A stretch of 64,000 nt of DNA from Bugula neritina (lineage: Eukaryota; Animalia; Bryozoa): positions 9,802,973 to 9,866,972 of the forward strand of contig OZ037770.1 in the NCBI GenBank assembly GCA_964035545.1. Reading direction: 5' to 3'. Shown piece by piece: positions 1 through 13,700 of the stretch. Position 1 is the first letter of the stretch. Every line of letters starts with the position of its first letter. The position numbers and the translations under genes are program-made. The notes beneath the pieces were generated by a model. It saw nothing but the letters and a program-made list of their open reading frames with translations, did not search any database and was not told the origin of the DNA.

Positions 1-28
1 GTTTATAACTGAGAATAGTAATCTATAC

Positions 29-3000
29 CTTCAATGACAGACAATGAGACTGTAGAAACATTCAATTTGTCAGTCGACTTGTAACTCCTTTCCACTAGCT
101 CTATGGTAGGTAACTTTTTTGATATTTTCCTAAAAATAGAAACTTTTTTTATTTAATATTCAATAATTTTATTGCAGTCTAAATCTAGAATGTGTGAAAA
201 CTTGAAAAACATTTTAACTGATATGAGTTTATAGGCTTTTTGTGAATTTTAAAACTAATATGTTGTTTGTAGAAGACCAATAGTGAAGAACAAAGTTATT
301 AATAGCTTCAGTTGGGATCAACTTAATTTAGAGCACAGTATATTACTCTGACAAAATAAAAACATGACACGCTTAAGCTTATTTTGGCATTTCAAATTTT
401 TAGATCACCATAAAAGCAATTATACAATTATATAGTGCTGCAATAAATTTATACATAAAACAAAGTATATCAAATTAAATTAAACTGGCGTACGGCACAC
501 CAGTGTCAATGAGCATCTAGAAATATAGAATGAAACTGTAATTAGTGAAAGTAGAAATAATATTATTTAATTATATTTTGTAGATATTGAGAAATACTAA
601 TGTACTGGATTATACTATAATGTAATGAATTTCAGTATAGAGTTTAACGTTAACTTATTTTATAGAGTTAGTTGTTTCTCTTAACATACCAGTACGACTC
701 AGGTCTAATTAGCATAAGCAGTAGAAGAAACTGCATTACTGTTGCTGCTATAATTATCATTGTTTCCTGGTATGTGAAATTATCAAACAGAACTCTGCAA
801 AAGGATGGCAGAGATAAAGTGCCAACACCAACTCCTGCTGTAACCAGACCCACAGCTATTGCTTTCTTTTCCTCAAAGTAAACAGTCGGTGTCCAAGTCA
901 TTGCCATAAATGAAAAACCAACGCCAAGACCTAAAAATAGACGAGTGATATTGCACATATTTTACTTGTATAAAATATAAAATACTGCCAGATTTCCTTA
1001 ATTCTCTTTTAAATATAATATGAAAAGTAAGAAAATATATTAGCAGAAATAACCTTTTATGAATAATAAAATTTGAATGTTTTACCAACAAGCGATGTCG
1101 CCACATAGAGTACGTGTTGATTTGGTGCATAAGCCAAGAGAACATAACCAGAAGATATTAGCACCATTCCAACAGCTCCCACAATTCTGTGCTGTACTCT
1201 AGTCAAGGCGTATCTTGCTACTGGACCTGTAGAAAGACAAACTTTAACTGTTAAAGCAGTTGTTAAACGGTGAATTGACTTTCATGTGATTATATATGTT
1301 CTTAATTTATTTATATCATAATATGCTAAACATGCTATCAAAGCAGGGTGTTTGTGAAATGTAAAATTTTTACTATTTTAATAAATATTAATAAAAATTG
1401 TGTGTAGATGCAGTGACATTTTTGTACTAAACAGCCAAGTCCATATGTTTGAATTATAACCTAGCTGAGCAAAATGTTCTGATTCCATTGTTTCAACAGA
1501 CATTGCTCCTCTTTAAAAGCTTTTTTTAATTCTTACTTACCAAGGTAAGTGAATGCTTACTATGCATTTCAGCAGTAGAATATTTGTTACTAAACATTAG
1601 CAAACTGAAATAGCTAGACATTTTTTTACTCAACAAAGCAAAAAACTTTCCAGAATTGACAGAAAACAAAACAATAAACTCAAAGTAAATAAGGTTTGTG
1701 ATTTTTAGTATAACATAAGTCTAACCCCTTATAGACCAAGGCTGCTCCGTTTACTTCTAAAGTTTTTTGCATATTGTAAAACAAAATTAAAAAAATAAAT
1801 TTTGAAACTTATACTGCAATGACTAAAGCAGAAGAAAACTCAATAATTTAATTACAGGTTGATGGTTAAATTTCGCTAAACTCTTTTAATCTTCATTGAT
1901 ACATTTTAATTATTGCTTACACTAATCACTAAACAGGGTGATTACAATATTAGTGTAACCATCTTAAACTGACTCCAGTAAAGAGTTCAAGAATTAATTA
2001 AATATAAACTGGCTTTAAAATGATGACATGCAATATACATTTGTAGCGTTGGTGAAAGTGTGTAGGGGGTAATAAATTATATTGATAGATTTGATTCACC
2101 ATGATGACGTTGCATGTAACAGCACCTGCTCTTACCATACCATTTAATTACATGAAATAAAAAATGTTTAGGATTTTCACAATTTTCATCAGTATGTATG
2201 TATTAATTATTTATTATATTCAAACAAGAGCTAATAGTACTTGACATTTTGGCTACCACAAAGCATATATTATACAACAAGCTAAAATTTCAAAAGACAT
2301 TAGTCATGCGGATTTTAGGTTATTTACTGACATGTTGATTAAATTATAAAGGTGTTGTTAATAGTTGTATCTTGTAAGGCTTTGAGCACCTACGATTTGC
2401 TGTAGTTATAATTATTTCCATAATTTTACGCAAGTAAGCACTTGTATAAAACCATTAATTACCATATTATTAAAAGATTGAAAACTTTAAAAAACAATGC
2501 CGATGAATTATTGTAATAATTATAATAATTGCGCAATCTCCTTTACTTTGTTAAATTTGACTATATTCTGAAAGAAAATGAAAAAAGATTTGTTTAGCAT
2601 TATGATTTTGGAACAAAAATAGATTAACATATTATAAATTCATTGAATTGCAGAACGAGTTTGGAGATATTTACCGGCAGCAAATCTTGCAATTTGTGTC
2701 AGCGAGGCTATCCAGAGTCCAGTCTGTTCATCAATATTATATTCTGACATCATTTCCAGCAGAATTATTCCAATTATTCGTGGTTGAGTCAGAGTCAATG
2801 CATATATGAGACAAGCCACTGAAATAAATAAAATATGCTCTTATCAACAGATTATTAAAATCAAAGCCTTAACAAAATAATTTTTGATACCTGCTGTATG
2901 ATTTTGTTAATTTTTTCCTTAAGTGTTAATGACTTTTAATTAAATATTTTCTGCTATTATTCAGCATATAAACAACTTTAATGTTTATGATAATTGTGCA

Positions 3001-3888
3001 GTGTGATAAAAAAGTGCTTAAGTTGACAGTGGACATGGGCAATGGTATAAAGTTGAAACGCCTATCTCGAAATTTACAACAGCCAGTTGTTTGGTTTGCC
3101 ACACAACATATAAGTAAATCTAATCATAATAAAATAATACAAAAAATTTTATACTGATGAGTGAAGCTAGGTGAGCTGACAATATTTTTTAAATATAATT
3201 AGACTTGTTTTTTTGTTTTAAAATTTAGTTTTAGCATTTGAGCTGTGCATTGCATGGTTGAGTTTATAACAACGCAATCGTAAAAATTTAAAAGAGGTAA
3301 TAATAATATTTAAAGGCTTATCACTATAATACAACAAAATGAATGCAAAAAATTTTTTATTCTTTATAATATTAAAGCATGATTATCTTTGACCAGTATT
3401 ACACATAAAAAACTTTTCTATGCTTAGCAAAAATAAAAGTCAAGTTTGCTTTTATTTTTGGTAAGCATATAGAAAAGTTGTTTAACAATGCGATGTAGTC
3501 ACACCAACTTGCCTTTTAGAATAGTTTTGGGCATTTTTTGATAGGTAAATCTTATATAAGGAACTTATGCATTTGTTTTTAAAGATTTTTTATAAAACAT
3601 TGAATTTGTATAAAAGCAATTGAAAAGGTTAAACTAGTTTTTATTTAAAATTGCTTAGATCTGTTGAAAACTTGCAATTTCAAAGAATATAGTTTTATTT
3701 TAAGTTTAATTTTAGATTGATATTTTCATCAAAGAAATAGCTTCTGTACAACATAATTTCAATGGACACATTTAGCCCCCTACAAACAGACTAGCTAATT
3801 AGATGTTAAATATAGCTTCATAATTACCTGCTGCAACTAGCCAAGAGTACCTGCTATCTACAGGATAGGCTGTATTCTTAGTCTCCAT
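29..3888 (-). CDS. SLC16/MCT-like MFS transporter, tandem copy A (exons 1-5; the 3' part lies beyond the left edge)
   Basis: Minus-strand exons 3828-3888, 2675-2818, 1086-1226, 690-930 and 29-129, all GT-AG, in phase and the same sizes as in copy B. Translation starts METKNTAYPVDSRYSWLVAAV (compare the SLC16 motif PPDGGWGW) and includes WIASL..AGPVA, YFEEKKAIAVGLVTAGVGVG (compare YF.KRR.LA.G....G.G.G) and LLMLIRPE. Confidence 0.88.
3407..3483. repeat. Imperfect AT-rich inverted repeat (arms about 33 bp) in intron 1 of copy A
   Basis: AAAAAACTTTTCTATGCTTAGCAAAAATAAAAG ... CTTTTATTTTTGGTAAGCATATAGAAAAGTTGTTT. Confidence 0.75.
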
Positions 3889-3916
3889 AATGCTCTTCTA
3901 ATCTGTACCACTTTGC

Positions 3917-3985
3917 TTGGTTATACAGTGATCTGGTTATACAGTGGTTTGATTAAGTACAGTGGTTTGGTTATGCAGTGGTTTA
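3917..3985. repeat. About 16-bp tandem repeat (TTTGGTTATACAGTGG-like, about 4 copies) just upstream of the copy A start codon
   Basis: ttggttatacagtg atctggttatacagtg gtttgattaagtacagtg gtttggttatgcagtg; copies B and C have a single ttggttatgc at this position. Confidence 0.7.
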
Positions 3986-6640
3986 GATAAGCAATCCGGC
4001 ATGTACTGTTGAAGGGTGTCACACTTCAGATTTTGCTAAAGTCAAAATAAAACATGGTTAGCTAGCATCTAATTATAACCACTTTGACATTACCTTGCAA
4101 CCATTTTAATACTTTATAAAACTCAAATGGTATATTTTTTATACTGTATAGGAGAAATAGGTAATCAATGTCTTAATATTCCTAACTAATGTAACTATTT
4201 TAAGTGAAGCAATGCAGAAAAAAAATTCAAATGCATTTGAAAATAATATTTGTGTTGAAAAACATACAATTTAGAAACTGATGCTTAAAATCAATATTCA
4301 ATATTATAATTTAAATACTAATAGCTGTATCTATAATACAAGTTTCTCATTATTATCTCTACTTGTATGCTCTATATATTTTTATTTATATCAAATCACT
4401 GTAAAAAGTAATATGTACAATTTATGGAATTTATTTTAAATATCATCAGTATTAAAAACAAAGTGTAGGTATTTTTCAGAAGGCTACGCACAGACATAAA
4501 TAAATTAGATAAGTTTTTTGCTAGCTAAAATTTAATAGTGTTCATAGAGCTGTGAAAACTAATTGAATAAAAGTTTTAAAACTGTTATATAAAATGTTGA
4601 GTAGGCTATTATATATTATGTTATAATTAACTTTCATAATTTATGTGTGAGATTGGTTTAAAATTTTCTAACTTTATACATTATCAACAGATAAACAATT
4701 AAAAAGCTAAGTTTCTTTAATGTTGAAGAATTGTCTTGTAATAACTTTTCTGCCAAAATTGTTAGAAGGGTTTGAATTTTGAATAATTTTTATTTTTTTA
4801 CACTTTTTTGCTAACACTGGATAAATTTTACGCAACATTGTTATAACATTTAAATAAAGCTGTTTGTAGAAAGTCGGAAAAAAATTTGTTGACTATATTT
4901 TCAAAACCTCTCTCAAAAAAAATAAATTTTACATTATGCTAATGTTGGCTCACAACCAATGCTGGTAAATATTTATGAAAATGATGGCAATATTCAGATT
5001 ATCTATTTATGAAGTGTTTTTAAAATATTTTGTAAGAAATTTTCAAACAAAAACAATGTTGGAGACAAATAGGTGTCTACAATTTTACATTTAGATAAGC
5101 TTGGCCACAGCATTTATTTAACATACTCGCCAACAACTATAAAGCATTAGAGAAAATTTTATTTTCGTTATTTCATATTCATCATCCACTTTTATGTAGA
5201 AATTAGCATTTTATGTAATATGTATGTATATATAAGTTTTCAGTGTGAGTCAATAATCTCAAATGTGATAGCGTATATTAGTTATTTCCTAATTGCATTG
5301 TCTATTAGAGCATGCTAAAGTGAGCCCGAAATGGTTGTAGGTAGATAAATCACATCATTAAAAAATTTACAATTTAGCAATTAACTACATCATTTTGTTC
5401 AAGCTGGTCATCATACAAAGAGTTAAAACCAAAGAAAATTGTTACATAACTATACATCAAAAGTTGTATGTCCAGGTGACAAAATCAATTGATTTCTTTT
5501 AACAACTATTTGTTACAGAGTTTATTCTATCAATTAAGAAAATAGAATACTTATAATAATATTAATAAAACTTTGTATAAATCCGATAAATAATAAAATA
5601 AAATAAGTAGCTATTTATATATCTAATTTAAAAAAATTACAGCATTTATCCTGAATGCTGTTTTGATATATGATCACTGTTCATAATTTATTATCAGTAT
5701 AAGCATATATACATATACAGATAAAAGCTACCTGTGGCTTAGCAGCAACCACCTGTCACCTACCTGTAACCACCTGTCACTAACTTGGAGTTTGCGGTTT
5801 AAGAGAATTTGCTGTTCACAGAAGATGCCATCATATGAGTCATTTTTCAATTTAGAAATACTCGCAGCTTGAGAAAATGTTAATGTATATATTATTGAGC
5901 AGTTATTTGCTGTAATTTACTGTATCTGCATGTACTGCATCCAGCAAAACATAAACTTGTTATATATATATAATATAAATATTTGTTAAAGGCAGTGAAA
6001 ATGAATCATTTAATTAAAACAATTACATGACGTTTGAGTGCAAACCCTGCTTCCTACGCTAAATTTAGCCGCAGCTAAGTATTGCACAGTATATTCAAAA
6101 ACTGACCTTCAACAAGAGTAGGAGTTTTTCAACTTCCTATTGGACATCATTCTATTGTTGTTTTTGCTTTTAATTTATTCTGCCTTCCTGTTGATGATTG
6201 TAAACTTTAGCATTAGATTGACACTCTACAGCCGCATGCCAGGAATATATTTCAATTTTAATTTAGACTATCAACTGCTGCATACTCTTGGCTTGTGAAA
6301 ATTATACAACTAGTGCTTCAAGCTAGCCAGTGCACATTTTACATGTCAGGAGCAATTTATGTATGCTTGAAAATGATTTAAGAGAATATTGTGTTGCCTT
6401 TTGATAACTAATAGCTTTGTGCTGTTTCTACTCTGTAGACTTTAGGCTTTTAAAATTGTCGGTGTATAATTCTTTTTGTTTCTATCAGCTTAAATTGCAT
6501 TAATTTTAATTGTGCAAGTTATTTTATCAAGTATATTGTTGTTTTAAAGTTCAAAAAATGAATAGTTTTACATGATTTCTTATATTTGTCCTATGACAGC
6601 TGCAGCTGTCATAGGACAAATATAAGAAATCATTATGTGT

Positions 6641-7308
<668 letters not shown>

Positions 7309-7797
7309 TAATTGCTTTGCCTAATAAAGTAATAAATCAACAATGTTTCTCGTATATTTATTTATAATTAAATTGCTAGCTCGTAAAGATATATTTAAAT
7401 ATATATATATGTATATATGTGTATGTTTATATATGTATATAAGTGTATGTATATATGTGTATGTTTATATATATATGTTTATATATGTATATATGTCAAA
7501 TTGTGTATTGTATATATATATATATACACATGTGCATACATGTGGGTGTGTGTGTGTATAATATGAATGCATATATTTTGGAATGAACAAAAAACACAAG
7601 TGCAAGTCTAAGCATATATCAATTGACCTTGACACATATGCAATACTTAAAAGTATAAAACAAAATCATCATCATATGTTATTTAAAAAATTTGTCCTGT
7701 TTTAAAAGTTAAAAACAACAACAAATCGAGAAGCTGATTACAACTTTAAAAAAATTTAGATGAAGCATCAGTTATACAAGATATATCTCATCACAAG

Positions 7798-10700
7798 CTA
7801 TTTCGGCATTGGTTCTCTACATCTGCTTAACCTAACTTCTATTGGAAATATTTTACTACTTGTTATATTCATTATACCAGCTAAGAGTAGAGTACCCACT
7901 AAGTAATACAGTACAGCACTCCAAGATCCTGATTTGGCTTGTATTATCGCTAAAATATAAAAGCATTATATTTCTTACTAAAATGAATATCATAATTTAC
8001 ATATAGTTTTAACTGGTTGAAGCATAACAAACAGAAACTTGAAAAACAGTTTTTAATATAAAAATACAGATTCTAACAGAATATTCAATATGGTCTAAAG
8101 TAGTTAAACAGCAAAAGCTACATGATGCACTTTTATAGACTTACGGGTTATGCCAAAACACAGAATTGTAGCCAAACATTGTCCACTTAAAATAATTCCA
8201 GATCCAAAAGATGCAACCTTTCTGTCGAATCTTTCCAACATCACCAGGGTAGGCAAGCTCATAACAGCACTAAAAAAGAACCCTGCGCAAAAAAACTTTT
8301 TATTAGTTTTAAACAAATTTATTTTCTAATTTGCTTTTAAGATTTCTACATCAACAACATGCTGTATATTTTCATTAGTATTTACACAAGTTTTTGAGAC
8401 TGATAATAATTGTTTTTCTGTATTCTCTATTACTCTATCATGCACTAACATCCAATTCTTTTGACAGTGCTGTAAGCATAGCCTTTATATAGCCTGAGCC
8501 AAAACAAAACTGATATAAAAGATTGTTTAGTCAAAATGTGATAGGTGCAATAAAGTATTTCAAAATTGCCAGTTTGAAGTCTTATCACTATTATAGTGGT
8601 GGAAGTGCTTGGTAATCAACAGTAAAAAAAAACTTCCCAGGAATAAATGTTTTATTTTTTTCGCCAAAATTCATTCAAAAGTAGATGTTAGAAATTTTAC
8701 TGTGAGAAATAAAACTGATAGAGGAATTTAAAGTCGGTCTAGAGTTCCAATCAACTCTAAAAAGAAAATTTAAAGTTGGCAAAATTGGCAGTATTATGAG
8801 CAATGCTGATAAAGAATACCAAACATAAGGACATGCAATATGAGCCTTTAAGCAAGCCTAATCAACTGAAAAACAGGAAACTTGAACTTGGTAAAATTGC
8901 CAGTCCTATGAACAAGGCTAATTTAAATAAGGACATGCAATACAAACCTAGGAAGAGAAAGGACACATAGAAAGCTTCTTTTTTAGCCCAGACAGCTGCC
9001 AGTAGTATACTACATCCTGCTCCAATAGAGGAAACCCCCAGCTGGAAGAGAGCTGATACTAGCTTCTGATTGGCTAATACACCTTGCAATATTTTACCTG
9101 GTATCTCCATAACTCCATAAACAATCAATGCTGTTGAAACCTAAAAAGAGTACTTTTCACTTGAGAAAGAAATTAAAGCACAATGTAGAAAATTCTGCTG
9201 TCTTATGTCCAAACCTTGAGCTAAACTTGTGATTTTGCAATTTGATTATATAAAGTGCATTATGATTTTTGTTCAATTTATTAGCAAACTGTCTTGTAAC
9301 GCAGGTGATTTGTATCAACAAGTAGTTGGAGTTTTTCATATTTATATTCAAATTAATTTATATTTGGCTGTGTAAACTGCTAACTTTGGGAAAAATTAAA
9401 GCCTTTATAAAATAAGATTTTTGTCTATTTGCTCAACGAGTGAAACTATAATTATAACACTTGATTTTTGGTAACCTAATCTTATATAAGTCTAATAATA
9501 TTATGTAACAAAAACTTACATGATACTTGGCTATTCCCAGTTCTTCTGCATACAATGGGAAAACTGCAAAAGCAGAAGCAAATCCCTGGATCAACAGGCA
9601 TGAAGAAAGCATATATGCTAGAAACATTTTGTTTGTGAAAAATAATCTGAGCATAAACTTCAGAGACGAGGAATTCTCTGCTCTTGTAGGTGAAGATTTC
9701 TATAAATCAAAGATTTTGATGTTTTTAATATACATTTTTTTATATAATTGGCAAATTATTTGTTTATTCTTTCAATTTGAATAATACAAATGAAATAAAA
9801 AAGAAAAAGTCAAGTGCACAACATATTTCTTTTAGAAAAATATGACATTATCTTGAATAATTGTTATTGCATACTTTGACTAAATTTTTTTACTTATTTT
9901 ATTACTCTTGAAAAAATGTACAATCTTAGATTGCAAGCATTATAAATAATTGCAATGTTGATACAACTTTAAAAATATATTGATAAGCCATTGCTTTACT
10001 TAGATGTATGCTAAAAACATTTTGTTTGTGAAAAATAGTTTCAGCATAAACTTCAGAGATGCAGAATTTTCTAAACTTGATGTTGAATTCTGTAACATGA
10101 AGTTTTTTTTGAAATACAACTCCTTGTACAAATACCTACTATGTTGTTTTTATTTTCTTTTTTTTAACCTAGCTATATAGAATCGTGAAAAATAATCTCA
10201 AGTGTAACTCATTCTTCATCTTAAAATAATACAGTATCCTGTAATCGTTTTAGCTTGCATCTTATAACTACAACATTTTTATTATTTAAATAGTTTTGGG
10301 AAAACACTCAATAATATATACAAACATGGGGTTTTATGTAAAATATTTTTCAATGAGATATCACATTTTTTAACTTGAAGCAATCATCAATTTACCTTGT
10401 TTTCAGCAATATCTTTTGCATTTTGATAATCTCCAGAATTTGAATGTTGAAATTTGTTGTGTTGAGATGTTGTTTCTTCTGTAATCGAAAAACATTTCAT
10501 ATAACTGAAAGCATAGAGAAGGCTGGAGCTAAGTTTGCTAATTTTGTTTGAACATCTTCTAAACATAAATAATATAGACTAATGCTTGAAGAAAATTTTG
10601 TAGATTATGAGTTTTATTGCATTAAGTAAAGCAGAAACAGTTAGCTAATTATATATATATACTGTTTTTAGTTTTACAGATGTCAGTTTTGTGTATGTAA

Positions 10701-13700
10701 ATTGAATTAATCCTGAACACTTTGGCGATACATTCATTGGCTAGGTGCCAAAAACAACAAAATTTATCCAAAAGCAGTTTTACTTTGATTTCAGTTTATT
10801 TACAAAACAATTTTATTCAAATTTTACACAACTTATTCAGAACTTTATATATTACATATAATGTACGATAGATTGGTTGTTCTACAAACAATACTCTAAC
10901 GTAATTATACTATAACTCTAATTTAATCATACCGGCTGGAGGTTATCTTGTGTCTAGTACTGAAACCTCGTAGGTATAATATTATACTAACATTACTATA
11001 TTTTGTTTTACAGGCATTTGATAGTCACTTGCTTTTAACAGAAAAAAAACAGCTTCGATTTTTAATTCTCGTAAAGCTGTCAAAAAATTTTGCACTATAT
11101 TGTAAAATTAAATTTAAAATTTAATTTGCTCTGGCAATTATACTACAATTTTTTTTTATAGAAATATTTCTTATACTATAACTTGTTTCACATAAACTAA
11201 GAGTTGCTTGCTCGTTGTTTATAAATAGTAATTTATACCTTCAATGACTGACAACGAGACTGTAGAAACATTCAACTCATTTGTTGACTTGTAGCTCCTT
11301 TCGACTAACTCTGTGTTGGGTGACTTCTTTGATATTTTCCTAAAAATAGAATTTTTGCTGTTTAGTTTATAATTACAGCAGTTTTATTACAGTTTTTTTG
11401 CTGCTCAGATCAACTACATATAAAACATAAAATAAACTCATTGGTTTCAACTGAGACATTTTTGAACTGAAAAAATCTTTTATTTTACACTTAGGAATAA
11501 AAAATACTTATGAATGAAGTATGTACTGTAAAGATTTAGTTTTTTTTCTTCTATATAAGTAATAAAAAATCACTCAAGAAAAGTTCTAATAAGTGTTGTT
11601 ATAGAATAGCATAATCTGGCTAGGAATGAAAGTATGAACAATTATATAATATTAACATGCTGAATATCACTCAACATAATAGTAATATAATATGATAAAT
11701 ATAAATAAGGAGCTAAACTTTAAACTATTGTGTAGAGTTAGTTGTTTCTTTTACATACCAGTACGACTCAGGTCTAATTAGCATAAGCAGTAGAAGAAAC
11801 TGCATTACTGTTGCCGCTATATACATCATTGTTTCCTGGTATGTGAAATTATCAAACAGAACTCTACAGAATGATGGCAGAGCAAAAGTGCCAACACCAG
11901 CTCCAGCTGAAACTAGACCCACAGCTGTTGCTTTCTTTTCCTCAAAGTAAGCAGTGGCTGTCCAAATCATTGCCATAAATGAAAAACCAATGCCAAAACC
12001 TTAAAAGACAATTAAAATTGCAAATATCATGCGTATAACATGAAAAATATTGCTTAGTTTCCTCATTAATAGAACAGAAATATTGTAGCTAGTCACACTT
12101 CTTTAAATCATTATATATAATAGTTATTTAAAATAATTTAGAAGTAGAAAAACAATGTCTCACCAATAAACAATAATGCCACACAGAGTACATATATATT
12201 TGGTGCATAAGCCAAGAGAACATAACCGGAAGATATTAGCACTATTCCAACAGCTCCCACGATTCTGTGCTGTACTCTAGTCAAGGCATATCCTGCCACT
12301 GGACCTGCAGAAATATAAACTTTAGGAGTTTAGACAGTTATTTAGCAGTAAATTTAATTTTTTATCTTGGCAATTTAGTTATATAATATACAGTTAATGA
12401 TACGCAATCAGAGCAGAGAGTGTGCAGCAATTATCAAAGTAAAGATTAACAGGAAATGGAGGACTGAATCATATAATCGGTTCAAGTTCAAACGCTTGCG
12501 GTGATGTTAGAAAGAGCATCAAATCATAATTACTACTGTGCCATGCACATATGAATATGTCCTTAGCCCGATTTAAAAAAAACTTTTTATCAGGGGTTCT
12601 CACAGGAGTAGTGACTGTAAACATGCGCGAGTTAATTTTTATATTATAAACAAACAGAACTATTACAATATTATTGTCAACAAATTAAACTGATTTCAGG
12701 AGATATTTTGCAAAAGTGATTTAGCGCCAAAATGATGTTTCACAATATGCATTCACAGTATATAGGTGAAAATGCCAATTGGTGTAGACAAATAATATTG
12801 ATGAACTAATAGCAAAAACTTTGCATGTAATAGCGACTGCTCTTGTCATGGGTCTTTTAACTTCATACAGCACAAATCAACGAATCATAATCAGAAATTG
12901 AAGTTTCCTTAAAATTTATGAAAATTTACTATATGGGTTAAATTTTATGTACTGATTCTAACCATAAAATGCAAAAAAAAGCTGAAATGGGGTCTTACAA
13001 CATTAAATCGCAATGTCGTTGTCATTGTCATAAAAGCTAAGAAAATTTACAGATTCTGATAAAAAAAACCATCGCAGTTTGCATATTTCAGTTTACAAAA
13101 TAATTGGGAAAAAACATAAATATTCAAGAAAATTAGACAAAACAATAAATATCTAGTTGTATATGTTAACATTTCATTAGTTTAGCGCTATGATGGCACC
13201 AGTGCTAAATAGGTGCATTGTGATGCGAGATGCAACGTAAATGGTGAGTGGTTGGTGACTGGAAAGCAAGAGGATTGTGGGTGAAACAGGGACTTTTGGG
13301 AAGAGAGTGAAAAAGAGGACGAGAGGAATTTTTGGGCAAAACATTAAGAACAGGAGAACCAAGGAGGACCAAGGAGGACCAAAGAGGACCAAGGAGGACT
13401 AAGGAGAACCAAGGAGGACCAAAGAGGACCAAGGAGGACTAAGGAGAACCAAGGAGGACCAAGGAGGACCAAGGAGGACCAAGGAGGACCAAGGAGGACC
13501 AAGGAGGACCAAGGAGGACTAAGGAGAACCAAGGAGGACCAAGGAGGACCAAGGAGAACCAAGGAGGACCAAGTTTGATTAACCACAAACAAGTTGCAAT
13601 ATTATATTATTTTAGTGTGGTGTTATTGTAGGCCGTGGTGCAAGGACAAAAACATATAGATTAGCAGCTAAATCTTAAAATTAGCTAAAAAAGCTGAAGA

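Noticed and set aside
672-881. Plus-strand ORFs recurring in each SLC16 copy (672, 9527, 19535, 20909, 21499)
   Set aside because: Antisense shadows of conserved minus-strand exons; likewise 29432, 36432, 48757, 54657, 59458 and 59987 are antisense to real coding sequence
5747-5781. Clustered CACCTG E-boxes upstream of copy A
   Set aside because: Explained by a short local duplication (aaccacctgtcac twice), not seen upstream of B or C, and there is no functional evidence
13177-13592. ORFs with LVLLGPPWSS repeats
   Set aside because: Products of the 10-bp minisatellite inside an intron, with no splice or homology support
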